Assembly (NCBI GenBank): GCA_951406725.2
Contig: OX597814.1
Span: 171,864,001 to 171,928,000 of the forward strand
Length of the DNA stretch: 64,000 nt
Direction: 5' to 3'
Origin: Octopus vulgaris
Lineage: Eukaryota
The number at the start of each line of letters is the position of its first letter. Positions within the stretch are counted from its first letter, which is position 1. Of the stretch, positions 1 through 14,023 are shown piece after piece. The position numbers were made by a program, and so were the translations under genes. The notes below the pieces were generated by a model. It was not told the origin of the DNA. It saw nothing but the letters and a program-made list of their open reading frames with translations, and made no database searches.

Positions 1-1000
1 GCTCTTAATCAGTATAATGGATCTTGGGTTTGCCATGAGTGACGCAAAAATCTTTCATAGATTGATTACAATAAAAACGTTTGACTGCTTCCTCCTAGCT
101 GAATTGAGGAAAGCTTGGAAATATATAAAATCTCTCCAATTATTGGTAGTTTTTTGTCGAATAGTATGAAGTATTAGAAAACAATTCTTATAATGAATTC
201 ACAGACAGTTTTGAACACTGATGACATTGACGGAAACTGCAACACTTTGAAGGTGATTCTCTATCCTCACTAGACTTTTGTGTGACTCTTAGTCTCCTAA
301 GTAAGCAACTATACGACACAAAACATAGGTACAGAGTATACGATAGTCAAATCAATCACCTCCTTTATATGGGTGATTTAAAGCTTTTTGTGAAAGGTGA
401 TAATCAAATGGAAGGACTTTTAACTATAGTTCAGTGACGATACTAGAATAGAGTTGTGCTTTGTGCTTAAGCCACATTTTTCAAGAGAGAAATCCTGAAA
501 CGAACAACATACCTATACAAAATCTTACCATCACGATGGAATTAAATTCCGAAAAAAATTACTAATATGTAGGTAAATATGTAGGTGGCATCTAGAAGTC
601 ATAAATGCGTGAAAAAACACGGAAGGAAAGTTATCTTAGAGTTAGAGTCATCTTAAAGAGCGAAGTTAATGCGAGAAACAGGATTGACATAATCAATACC
701 TTAGCTATACCACTTGTGACCTACAGATTTAATATCATAAAATGGCCCATCAGTGAGATCTGTAAAATTGATATAAAAATACAGTTCCTCACGATGCATT
801 GCATGCATCACCCAAAGTCAGATATAGATATATTATAGATCCCATGAAAGGGAGGAAGATGGGACGGATGCCGTTGCAACTGTCTCTAAAGACAGCAACT
901 ATAGGAGTAGATGCCTATCTAAAGAACACCAACGACTAGATGCTTAAACTTGCTTGCAAAAATGTGTGCTCAATATCAGAAGTGCAGATGTACAAGAATT
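1..1000 (+). pseudogene. Degenerate R4/Dong-clade non-LTR retrotransposon fragment (reverse transcriptase and post-RT region)
   Basis: Manual translation gives GDSLSSLDFC...INHLLYMGDLKLF (about 252-390; YMDD mutated to YMGD). ORF 605-838 (RVRVILKSEVNARNRIDIINTLAIP...MHHPKSDIDIL) matches the R4/Dong pattern. Many stops and frameshifts. Confidence 0.8.
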
Positions 1001-1619
1001 GAGGATAAACGAGATTGAGGCGTAACTAAATGAAACAAGAACACAATGTGATATAAAGCAAGGGTGTTATCAATTGTGTTCGGAGCACATGGGTCAATGG
1101 CTAGCCCACTCCGGAAAAACCTTGACACAAATGGAATCTGTCACAGCATTACGGCATTGCCAAAGACAGTAGTTTTCGGAACAGCAAATATCCTGTGGAA
1201 AGTGCTATCTGAGGTTACATAACTGCATAGGGAGTCGATTAAACGATCCAATTAAACGATCCATTGTACAAATGAAGGAATAATAATAGTTAATTATTTA
1301 ATGAATTTATCGGCAATAAGAGAAGATAATATAGGTATATTTCTACATCATTATTCATTTTCATTATCTCATAATATTGCTAGTTAAAATCAGTCTTAGG
1401 GTTAGTGTTAGGGGTGGTAAACATTTGATGGCAAAATACCATGATAAAGATTTCTGATAATATATAGGTTCATAGAACTGTATCATGGAAAACAAGATTA
1501 TTGAAACTGTGCATTAGATAATGATTTTGACTTCAGAATGTCAAAAGGTACTCATTTGTTCAGAAAAAAATATAAGATCTCGGAGTACACTCGTAATACT
1601 GTATGGTATAATAATGATA

Positions 1620-1820
1620 TAGAATTTTGGCACAAGACCAGCAATTTCAGGGTCGGGAGGAAGTCGAGTATATTGACACCAGTGCTCAACTGGTACTTAT
1701 TTTATCGACTCAAAAAGGATGACAAAGTGGACCGTAGCGGAATTTGAACTCAGAACATGAAGGCGGACAAAATGCTTATCATTTTGCCCGGTGTGTTAAT
1801 GATTCTACCAGCTTGCAACC
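1620..1820 (-). mobile_element. SINE-A, diverged copy with old-type tail
   Basis: Reverse complement of the SINE-A body, tail type ...ctggtcttgtgccaaaattc. Confidence 0.75.
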
Positions 1821-1861
1821 TTATTATATAGTATAATAATGTAATGTGATATAGTGAAATA

Positions 1862-2075
1862 TAATCCTTTCCACTGTAGGTACAAGGCCTGAAATTTAGG
1901 GGAGAGGGACAAGTCGATTAAATCGACCCCAGTGCTCAACTGGTACTTATTTCATCGACCCCGAAAGGATGAAAGGCAAAGTCAACCTCGGCGGAATTTG
2001 AACTCTGAACGTAAAGACGAACGAAATGCCGCTAATGCCCGGCGTGCTAACGATTCTTCCAACTCGCCGCCTTCA
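1862..2075 (-). mobile_element. SINE-A with old-type tail
   Basis: Reverse complement of ggcggcgagttgg...gagttcaaattccgccgagg...ggggtcgattt; tail ...aaatttcaggccttgtacct. Confidence 0.85.
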
Positions 2076-2115
2076 ATGTAATGTAATAAATACATATATG
2101 TTTGTGTGTATATGA

Positions 2116-2346
2116 AGGCGGCAAGCTGGCAGAATCGTTAGCACGCCGGGCGAAATGCTGATCGGTATTTCGTCTGCCGCTACGTTCTGAGTTCAAATTC
2201 CGCCGAGGTCGACTTTGCCTTTCATCCTTTCGGGGTCGATTAAATAAGTACCAGTTACGCACTGGGGTCGATATAATCGACTTAATCTGTTTGTCTGTCA
2301 TTGTTTGTCCTCTCTGTGTTTAGCCCCTTGTGGGCAATAAAGAAAG
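2116..2346 (+). mobile_element. SINE-A, young Tx1-tail subfamily
   Basis: Head with A-box-like tggcagaatcg and B-box-like gagttcaaattcc; tail ...tagccccttgtgggcaataaagaaa. acatatatgtttgtgt occurs on both sides (2092, 2347). Confidence 0.9.
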
Positions 2347-2468
2347 ACATATATGTTTGTGTACGTGTGAGTGTGTGTGTGAGAGAGACAGAGAGTATGT
2401 ATTTATGCATGTGTGCATGCATGTATGTATGTATGTGTGCGCATGCACAAACACACGCACACACAGAG

Positions 2469-2510
<42 letters not shown>

Positions 2511-2599
2511 TAATACATATGCCTGTGCGTACGATCGAAATAAATAAATACTCCCGAAGATATGGTATGTTAAACTCAATATCATGTTTAAAAACGTTA

Positions 2600-2895
2600 A
2601 CACACCATCATCATCATCATAAACAGGATAGCGATGATGACGACTCGCACTACCACCATCTTCACCACAACCACCCACCCGACTACCACGACCGCCATCA
2701 TCACCACCTTCACCATAGTTCTCCTCTCTTCATCATAATCACCATCATTATCATAGTCCCTAACCACCACCACCACCACCACTACCACCACCACCACCAC
2801 CACGTTAAGCTTAAACAACAGCAACTTCGCATTAAACTTAAACAACGACAACGACAACGACAACAACAACAACAACATCAACAGCAAAAACAATA
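2600..2895. repeat. Compound trinucleotide microsatellite (CAT/CAC/CAA)
   Basis: Directly visible; source of the His/Gln-rich ORF 2330-2896. Confidence 0.85.
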
Positions 2896-3039
2896 AACCA
2901 AACGCTTGTCTCTCGACTTGTCCTAAACTATGCATTCATCATAGTTTAGAATAAACAATATTTCTAATGATGGGTAGACACCTGGTTACGTTGGATATTT
3001 AACATTTCATGTACGTACATACGTATGCATATATAAACG

Positions 3040-3306
<267 letters not shown>

Positions 3307-3919
3307 GATTCTCTGTATGAATGTGTATGTATGGGAGTCGGGTGGACGAGTATGTCAGCTATGTTAGAATGAGCATGTTTCTGTCTTTCTCAGAGAATTC
3401 GGATATCTGTCGTAGATATTTCGTATAATAGAATGAAAAACTGCCCGTATGCATATACATACGTATTGATGTTCTTCTTACGCTTGCAAACGCATAATGG
3501 TATACGCACAAATGCACGTTCCACCCACCACACACATATATGTGTGTACAAGAAGATTGAATATATATATAACCGCACACACCAATGCATATGACTATTG
3601 TGTGTCTAGCACATACCAACAGAGATACATACATACCATACGTGTACACGTATGCACATACAGACATACATGTTTATATGCGTATATAAACGTGTTTGTA
3701 TGTGTATGTGAGCACAACCCTTCAGTGTTTTGGTGTGATTGTATGATTATCTTTACGTATGTATATAAGTATGTACACACACACACGCACAAACACACAC
3801 ACGCACACACACACATACACATATATATATATATAAGTTTATATGCGTCTCTATGTTTGTGCATGTGTTTAAAACGCGTTCACGTCTGCTTATGTCTTTT
3901 GGTATGACAGCATGTATAT

Positions 3920-4375
3920 TTGTATGTATGCATGTATGTATGTGTGTATGTGTGTGTATGTGCGTTTGTATGTGTGTGTGTATGTATGTATGTATGTATG
4001 TATGTGTGTATGTATGTATGTATGTATGTATGTGTGTATGAGTGTGTGTATATATGTATGTATGTGTGTATGTATGTATGTATGTATGTATGTATGTATG
4101 TATGTATGTATGTATGTATGTATGTATGTGCGTGTGTATGTATGTACGTATGTATGTATGTATGTATGTATGTATGTATGTATGTATGTACGTGTATGTA
4201 TGTATGTAAGTATGTATGTATACATGTATGTATGTATGTGTGTGTGTATGTATGCATGTACGTACGTATGTATGTATGTATGTATGTATGTATGTATGTA
4301 TGTATGTATGTATGTATGTATGTATGTATGTATGTATGTATGTATGTATGTATGCGCGTATGTATGTATGTATGT
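3920..4375. repeat. (TATG)n microsatellite
   Basis: Directly visible. Confidence 0.95.
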
Positions 4376-4644
4376 GGAAAGTATTTTAATGAAGGAAACA
4401 GATAGAATAATTGTAGTTCGACGGGTTTGACATGAGTTGTAAACATCTGCCTCGCGAAATACTATATCTGGATGAACTCTCCGTCTATCTCTCCCTCTCT
4501 TGCTCTGTCTGTCTATCTTTCTGTCTCTTCCTCTCTCACATACATTATACACACACACTCTCTCTGGCTCTCTATCTGTTTATGTATCTTTTCCTTTGAG
4601 TGTGTGTGTGTGTCTGTGTGTTTATGCGTTTGTGTGTGTGTGTA

Positions 4645-4715
<71 letters not shown>

Positions 4716-4717
<2 letters not shown>

Positions 4718-4945
4718 GCGGCGAGCTGGCTGAATCGTTAGCATGCCGGGCGAAATGCTTTGTGGTATTTCGTCCACCGCTGCGTTCTGAGTTCAAATTC
4801 TGCCGAGGTCGACTTTGCCTTTCATCCTTTCGGGGTCGATAAATTAAGTACCAGTTACGCACTGGGGTCGATGTAATCGACTTAATCCGTTTGTCTGTCC
4901 TTGTTTGTCCCCTCTGTGTTTAGCCCCTTGTGGGTAGTAAAGAAA
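4716..4945 (+). mobile_element. SINE-A, young Tx1-tail subfamily
   Basis: Full head, body and tail ending gggtagtaaagaaa; sits within a (TA)n tract. Confidence 0.9.
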
Positions 4946-5668
4946 AAAAAATATATATGTATGTATGTATGTATATATGTATATGTAGCTATATATCTAT
5001 ACAAACATACATATACATACATTGCACGCGCACGAACACACACAAACACACATAGAAAGACGATGGCCTAGCAAGCATGGCTGTCGTCCAGTGACTAGAA
5101 ACAATAAAGTGACACAAAGCTCAACAGAGAATACATATATATACCTATATATATATATGGATAATATATTCGATAAAGAAGCACACTTTAAAAGTTACAA
5201 CGGTATTGTATTTACACGAAGTTAAATATATGTCTGGTCATAGAGTGACCAATGATTTCGCATCCCTAAAGTGCTTAGCGTTATAGACGTCTCGTCAGAC
5301 TCCTATGGCCGCGAGCAATCCCGTATTTTTTCTCGTCCACCAATTTATTCCGTCTTTGTCAATCGTCTTAAATTACATTTGTTTACTTTCCTACCCCCAC
5401 TCTGTATCACTTTGTTTGTTCGAGCCCTTAATTTTCCGCAAATTTTACGGGTGCCGCCGATAAGTTCTCAGTATTATCATTAAAAGAATGAAACTGTGTA
5501 TTAACATTCGGTTGATAACTGATAAAGAATTAGAACCTTTTGTGTCTGTCCTACGTGTATGTTTTTTTAACCATCGTTGTTTATTTAATGCATTTTTTAT
5601 TTATTGAGTAACTAAACGCCACGCATCCCGACTTTAGTTAATAAGTCTTTCACACACACACACACACA

Positions 5669-5713
<45 letters not shown>

Positions 5714-6067
5714 TACCTTCGAAACACGCTAGAGTTGAACTAGGGACAGCTGATGAAGGGAATTTTTCCTTGTGTAGTTTGTCTTGTACTCTGTTTTTCT
5801 GTTGTAAAAAATGGTTTGTTCCATGCTTGTTTTTCCGTTTTCGTTTCTCGTTGAGTTCTACGTCTCGTTGTGGTGTCCTGTACTCACGTATATATATTTA
5901 TATATGCATGTATATAAACATGTAGATGTAGGTACGTACATATATGTATGTATGTATGTATGCATATATTTTACTTATTACACTATTGTATGACAGCGCC
6001 CTCGCGTCGATTCGATTCGATTCGTTCGTTTTGTTCCGTTCTTATTCTCCAAGTACTGTTATATATG

Positions 6068-6322
<255 letters not shown>

Positions 6323-6327
6323 ATGTA

Positions 6328-7235
6328 AAGGGGTTGGACAAAATAATAGAAACACCTTAAAATTTCAAACAAATTAATTTTAATATGGGGTAGGACTGCC
6401 TTTGGCAGTAATTACAGCTTGAATTCTACAAGATATGGACTCGTACAAAGTTTGAATTGTTTCCAAAGGAATTTTTGTTCTTTCTTCAGGATATCGACTC
6501 CTTACTTGTTTTGCTAAAATGCACCATAAGTGTTCAATAATATTGAGATCTTGGGACTGTGTTGGCCAAATAAGATGTTTAACTTCACTAGAATGTTCAG
6601 TAACAACTTTAGCTGTGTGAATTGGTACATTATCATCCTGAAATATTGCGTTTCCCTCCAGAAACAGTTTCACAACCATCGGATGAATTTGATCAGAAAA
6701 AATGCTTAAATAGCCTTAACTGTTAATTCTGCCATGAATGGAAACTATTGGACTGGCGGATTTCCAAGATCATCAGATCATCACTGTTCCCCCTCCATAT
6801 CTAACAGATGGAAGACAGTCAGTGTCAAATGGTTCTTTTGGCTATCTCCACACGTATCCTCGACCGGTGGTGAGAAATAAGGTAAAGGATAACTCGTCCG
6901 AGAAAATAAATTCTTCCACTGCTCTAGGGACCAATTCTGTAGGATTTTACTTCACTCTTAACGCTTTGCAACGTTTGTTTTTTAAATTAGTGGCTTTCTG
7001 ATTGCAGTCCTCCCGTGAAATCCGGCTTTGTATAGCTCCTGGCGAATAGTTTTTGTGGAAACTGGGTTCTCGAGGTGGTCATTAAGCTCTGCAGTGATTT
7101 TGGGAGCTGTACTTTAGTGATCGTTTCTAACAATTCGTGTAAGAGTCCAACGGTCCCTATCTGAAAGTTTTGGTTTTCTTCCGGAGTTTTGTTTCGACGA
7201 GGAGCTTCTATATTGCTCCCAACATGTCTCAGTTG
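6328..7235 (-). pseudogene. Tc1-family transposase relic with one terminal inverted repeat
   Basis: ORF 6380-6679 has FQDDNVPIH...WPTQSQDLNIIEHLW...AKGSPTPY (Tc1 DDE C-terminus). SGRKPKLSDRDR in ORF 7114-7338. TA followed by a Tc1-like end aggggttggacaaaataatagaaacacc at 6328. Confidence 0.85.
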
Positions 7236-7532
7236 AAATTTCACTGAGAATGACTTTACCTTTTATCCATTTGGAGTCGATAAAATAAGAACCAGTCGAT
7301 AACTGGAGTCGATGCAAACGACTAATCTCGCTCCTCAAAATTTCAGGTCTTGTAGTTATAGTTTGTAAGAATTATGAATTGAAAATTATTTCTTAATTAT
7401 TAAATATTATCATAGATATCGGCTTAAAAAATATTGGTGGAACATTACCATCAGAAATATTACTTAATTAGAGAATGTGGTTGCAGCGAGAAAGTATCTA
7501 CGCATCATCTAATATTTAATAAATTTACAAAA

Positions 7533-7578
<46 letters not shown>

Positions 7579-7878
7579 CAAGCACACACGCACACACACA
7601 TATAAAAGGAGAGAAAATAAAGAACTTGTGGATTTAGCGTTCAATCATGTATGCATGTGTGTGTGTATTTTGAAGAAAGTTCTTGTCCGAAGCGTCATAA
7701 TCTGGCTCTTCAATTTTTACTAGTATCAAATCAATAATTTTGACTGTGAATTCATTTCTCCAACGCTTTTTATGTATAGATTTCTGCCTCCCTGTTTCTA
7801 TGCAAGTATGCATATACGTTATGTATATATATTTATATGTATGTGTGTGTGTATGTTTAAATGTATGCACATGATGTG

Positions 7879-7961
<83 letters not shown>

Positions 7962-8565
7962 ATATGTAATATGTAGGTATGTATTGACACGGTTATATAT
8001 CTAAGTATACTTACGAGGACTTAATACTTTTTCATGGGTGGGAAGAATACAAAGCCCTGTTTGCATTTAGTTTCACTGTTTTTTACATTACCGTTGCTTT
8101 TACGAGGTAGCGGTGGTGGTGGTGGTAGAAGTCATACTGGCATAGGTTGTGTTGGTGTCAGTGGGTGTCAATGATACTGACGAAGGCGGTGTTGTCTTTC
8201 GCATTCTCTACTTCTGAATGTTATTTGTATTTGTTTTCTTGTTTTTTTTTTGTTGTTTTTTTTTGAAAGAGTGTGTTGTCTACTCGCTATTTATGTTGTT
8301 ATTTGCCTTGTTGCTGTTGTCACTGATATTTTTATCACCGCACCTGCTTTTATTCTGATGGCCTTAATTTATTTTTTTTGTTTTTGTTCATTGGATAGGT
8401 CTGCTATTTGTTGCAGTTGTTGTTGTAGTTTCTCCGACTCTCAAATTTACTGTGTTCAGAAATGTCCATGAAACTTTTGGATGGCAGAAATGATGACTGC
8501 AGGCGGATTTGTTGTAGTCAACGTTAAGAATGTTTGTTTTTGGCGGTAATAGCAGCGGCAGTAGT

Positions 8566-9110
8566 GGTGTGTAGGTGAGTAGCCTAATGGTTAAAACATT
8601 GTACTCATGATCGCGAGATCGTGGTTTCGATTCCTGGTAAGGGCGGTGCGTTGTGTTCATGAGCAAAACACTTCATTTCACGTTGCTCCTCGACCATTCC
8701 GACATCTTATTTCTTTATTGCCCACAAGGGGCTACACATAGAGGGGACAAACAAGGACAGACAAAGAGATTAAGTCGATTACATCGACCCCAGTGCGTAA
8801 CTGGTACTTATTTCATCGACTCCGAAAGGATGAAAGGCAAAGTCGACCTCAGCGGAATTTGAACTCAGAACGTAGCAGTAGACGAAATACCGCTAAACAT
8901 TTTGCCCGGCGTGCTAACGTTTCTGCCAGCTCATCGCCTGATCATTCCGACATCTGCCGTGTGGTGCACCGTAAACTTGTACTGGTAATGCTGATTGGTT
9001 GGCGGGAGTGAACTAATGTATAGTACAAGCATTTGATCATTATAAACAAACTATCTATGCTGGTTGTTCAGCAAGAAATTGCAGAACCCGCATCTATCGT
9101 CTACGAGTAG
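8566..9110 (+). mobile_element. Older tRNA-derived SINE (head related to SINE-C), interrupted by a SINE-A
   Basis: tagcctaatggttaaa (A box) and ggtttcgattcc (B box); split at cattccgacatct. Confidence 0.6.
8708..8940 (-). mobile_element. SINE-A, young Tx1-tail subfamily, nested insertion
   Basis: 13-bp duplication cattccgacatct on both sides (8695-8707 and about 8943-8955). Confidence 0.9.
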
Positions 9111-9112
9111 TA

Positions 9113-9114
9113 GA

Positions 9115-9183
<69 letters not shown>

Positions 9184-9186
9184 ATA

Positions 9187-9245
<59 letters not shown>

Positions 9246-9500
9246 CATTATTATAATGAAACTCACAGCTTATTTTGGTGGGTATGATGGAAAGTGTCGG
9301 CTGTCCACAGCCAGCAGACTAAGGTGACACTTGTTTACTGGTCATGCTTCAAGAACCTTGCGAATAATTCTTGCAGTTCCAAGGAATACTGATTTTTGTA
9401 GATGTTCTATTTTCACACTTGCACCGATCTTTTTCGGCTATTCTGGGGATTGAGTGCTGATATTTTCAAGTAAACCAATTACTATTGGTATCAGGATCTC
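9113..9500 (-). mobile_element. 3' end of an R4/Dong LINE with (TAA)n tail
   Basis: Minus strand encodes IPIVIGLLE...HLQKSVFLGTARIIRKVLEA*, then a short 3'UTR and about 140 bp of (TAA)n (9113-9257). Confidence 0.75.
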
Positions 9501-11336
9501 GCAATCGTAACTGCAACACCCTAGATACTAGACCAAGCACCCTTGCAGTAAAACAGTTATATACACTTTATTGACTATTTGATACGGAGGTAAAACCTTT
9601 TACCAACTAGGGACAAAATTGTTAGTAGCAGTCAACTAGTATGAGAGTTGAAAATATTTTACTAGCTTTCCTAAAATTTGATGCATTTTAGACGGAATAT
9701 TTCGAATATTTCTTTTTAGTTTACTTCATCTAATTGTCGTGGAGAAGAGGTGAATACATTAACTAAGTCTCTGATCAATGCATGATTGCCACACAATTAT
9801 ATTTTTCCTATTAACCCTTTTGATACAACCCTACCCGAAACCGCTACCTCTTTCTATGATATAATGTTCCTGTTTGTATCAGTTACAATCATTCAAGTTA
9901 GAACTTTCCATTAAAATTTCATGTTGATTTATGTTCGAGACACACGTTAAATAACAACAAAGTTATTTTACTAAACTCTTAATTATTTTTAAAATTAATT
10001 TTCCGAAAAACCAGTGTCTCATAATATGTGAAAAATAGTTACCAGTCAAAAATCACATGCCTGCTCTATAGGCAGAGCTAAGTTAGTGGCGAGACTAGAC
10101 TCTAATCCAATTTGCACTGATCCTGAGAGATAGTTTCCTTCTGTTACTCCAATAATAGTCGTGAAGTAAATAGACGTGAAGTATTGCTGTTCCATTAATA
10201 TAGAAGGTCGATCTCTCTATTCTGCAGTCTTCCACTTGAATGAATTGATGTAATATCGCTGGTTGTAACTGGAGGGAAAGTGCTCAAAAATTCTTATAAA
10301 GAATTGAGCGTTCGATACGATTAATGTTAAGCATGAGTTCCTGAAGGTAAAAGGAATCGAGAGAAAATACTTGGACAAGGATGAAATTCCAGAGAGATGT
10401 TACCGTTGATTTTGTTGTTGTTGCTATTCTTATCGTCATTGCAGTCATCTCTATATACGAAAAACTTCGACCGACGCATACATACGCACGGATACTGATG
10501 ATTTACAATGCCAGTCTGTTGAAATCCCCATTGGGACGAGTCTTTAAATTTTCATACAACAAAAGTTGCTATAAAATTGATTGTGTTTACGTCCAAATTG
10601 TCTATAAGGAGAATTTCTCTTCACAACACAACGTATGTAGCGTGTTGTCTCTTCATGTCCGAATGTACACGAACACTTTAAATAAGACCATCTATCTACA
10701 TTTCTACATTTCAGCGCTGATTAGTGCACCTTTAATTAATTTATTCCAACTTGACAAAGTTTTTCGCACCAGCAAATGTACCATTTGCTATTCTAATATA
10801 AGGGCGATCAGCTCATAGTCAGCACGACCGACGGCTCGGTATACTTAGCTGATGAAGTGTAACTACGCAGAAGTACATGCATCCTTTGGTTCGGTGACAT
10901 CATTCATGGTCTAGTGGTGTGTTCACACGCTTATTGTCTACAAAGAGAATTTCTTCTCTCAAGACACCGTCTGCAGTGTACTGTCTTTCTATGTCCAAAT
11001 GTACCCGAACATGTTATATAAGATTGAACACAATTATACACAAATCCAAAGATTCCATTATGGAAGCTGTGTGAATATTGTCACGAAGAGAAATAAACGA
11101 ATTATCATCAATGACAATTGTAATGGCATGCGCATCATATCATACCTCTAAAACAAGTTATTGTTTCTGATTAAAAGAAATTAGCATTAATGCAAATTGG
11201 TATTTCCGTGAAGATATAAAGAGTTGAGGATATATTAAAAATAATTTTTACCGTCTACGCAGAAACGTTAAGGCTACGCCAAATTTGGGAGAAAAATTTC
11301 AGACATTAGGAAGTTATTTAAAAAATGCTAATAAGT

Positions 11337-11770
11337 TGGCAGTGTGGTATAGAAGTTTACTTCCCAACTATATGTTTCGGGTTCAGTCCCACGCAGAGGG
11401 ACCTTGAGTGGGTGTCTTCTACTATAGACTCGGGTCAATCAAACGATTGTGAATGGGTATGGTAGACAGAAACTGAAGGAAACCCATTGCGTGTGTACAT
11501 AAATACACATATATACATATTTATTTGTATATATATGAGTTTGTGTACGTGTATGTGTGTGTGTGTTTGTGTATGTGTGTCTGTGACCCCTACCTTAGAA
11601 CCCGTGTTGGTTTGTTTACGTCTCTGTAACATAGCATTTCGGCAAAGGAGGTCGATAAATTATCACACATTAAAACAAAAGAAATTACTGGTGCCGATTT
11701 GTTCGACTAAAACTTCTTTAAAATGGTGCCCCAGCATGGCCGCAGTTCTACGACAAAAACGAGTAAAAAA
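11337..11770 (+). mobile_element. SINE-B, near full length, diverged
   Basis: Head, internal TA/TG microsatellite, tail ccagcatggccgcagt. Confidence 0.8.
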
Positions 11771-12038
11771 TGAATGATGAACGAAAAATGCTACAATATA
11801 TAAAGAAAATTGCTAGAACAAACTGCAGTAGAGATGTATATAATTAAACAACTGTGTATAGGATATTGGTTCGTTATTCGGTGTTTTAGTAAAGTTTTTG
11901 TTGTTAATGTTGAAACATTGTGAAATAGTTATGACAGAAAATGTAAAAGAAATTGACTTATGTCAATATTCTAATGTTTTTGTTTTGTTTTTGTTTATAT
12001 TTCTTTCTAATAAGAATATGGTTCACCCACGAATTACA

Positions 12039-12700
<662 letters not shown>

Positions 12701-13117
12701 GCAGAAATGTATAGAAACATGCCGCAGATAAATTTGACATGATATGTGTATTCGGTATGTAAAATGAATACGTTTTAAACGTATATGAGACACTTTAAAA
12801 GGCACAGCTGTTATTCAGAGGCGGCAATGTGAATAGATTCATTCATGCTTCAAAAGAACTTTTTGGTATTGAAAATAGTCGCAGACATTTAGGAATATTT
12901 TCTTGACATGAACAGATCACCTTGTGGTTCTCCGCACACTACTTCCGCCCGTTCTCAAATATTTTGTCATATTTTCCATACTTGGTCTTTGTTTTCACGG
13001 TGATTCTTCATAGCACTATTTTATTTTATTCTCTTACTAATTTCAGTCATTGGATTGCAACCATGCTTGGAGTCGTACTTTAACTGATTTAATTTTGTTT
13101 TTCTTTTTAGTCGATCA

Positions 13118-14023
13118 CTAGCTGAGGTACCCGGTAATACCCGGGAGTAGGGATATTCCCTGTACACATTACAATGCCTAATTTCTCACAGACGTAAACT
13201 GAAATCAAGGCATAGGACTGATAATAGAAGGCGTAAGCAAATTCCTTCGCGAAACAATAATACAAATAAATACGTGTGGAATCGGAAAATTACAATCGTT
13301 GGGTCTGATTTTCGACATTTTGGGGCAAATTCTCTTGAAACCCGAGAGAAAATTCTAAGCGCACATGCACTTAATTTGACGACTGTGTTTCATGGGTATA
13401 GTTCCACAGTTCGTGAGAATCAAATATCGATTGCAACGGTTAGAACCGACAATTTTAAGTGCAGGTATTAAGAATATACATGTTACATGTTTTAGCACAC
13501 AACGCTACAACGTTTAGAATCGATAATTTTAAGTCCAGGTGTTAAGAAAATACATGTTATAGCAATGTGAGAATGCTGAAATAATTGATGAACATTTTAA
13601 CTGCACAACAATTTAGGCTAAATTTCGTTAATTAGTTAATCAAAAATCAACTTACACTTTGGTTGAGTGGACTAGGTAAAAATTTATTTGTCCCAGCACA
13701 TCCTTAAAACGCATATTCCATCTGTGTATAAAATTTCAAGAAAATCCGTTGAAAACTTTAAAAGTTATGGCAGAAAATAACATTCATATGAGAATTTGGA
13801 TTGAAATGTCCAATTGATTTTTGAAAAATCGATGCTGACTAAAAATGATCGATTCTTTGAAATTCCAAGTGCGTACGTGACCGCATGGGCATAAGTCCCC
13901 GCTCACACACACATGTGTCAAGTTTCATCAAGATCGGTTGGATAGTCTCGGAGGAATTAAGGTAACAAATTCACAAACACACACAGTCACAAATAGACAG
14001 AAATTGTCATTTATGTATATAGA
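13118..14023 (-). mobile_element. Non-autonomous Helitron
   Basis: On the minus strand: A|TC start at 14023, CTAG|T end at 13118, subterminal GC hairpin (acccgg taatac ccggg, about 13129-13145), no TSD. Internal aaatttca/aagtttcatcaagatcggtt motifs and a CA tract typical of such elements. Confidence 0.75.

Noticed and set aside
2047-2301. Recurrent peptide MRNWYLIYRPRKDERQSRPRRNLNSERS in many ORFs
   Set aside because: Antisense translation of SINE-A, not a gene family.
5716-5762. gaaac...ctgatga as a permuted hammerhead
   Set aside because: Helix I and helix III do not pair convincingly.
10381-10818. 145-aa ORF with a hydrophobic N-terminus
   Set aside because: The hydrophobic stretch comes from a GTT repeat, the ORF overlaps a diverged direct repeat, and there is no recognisable domain.
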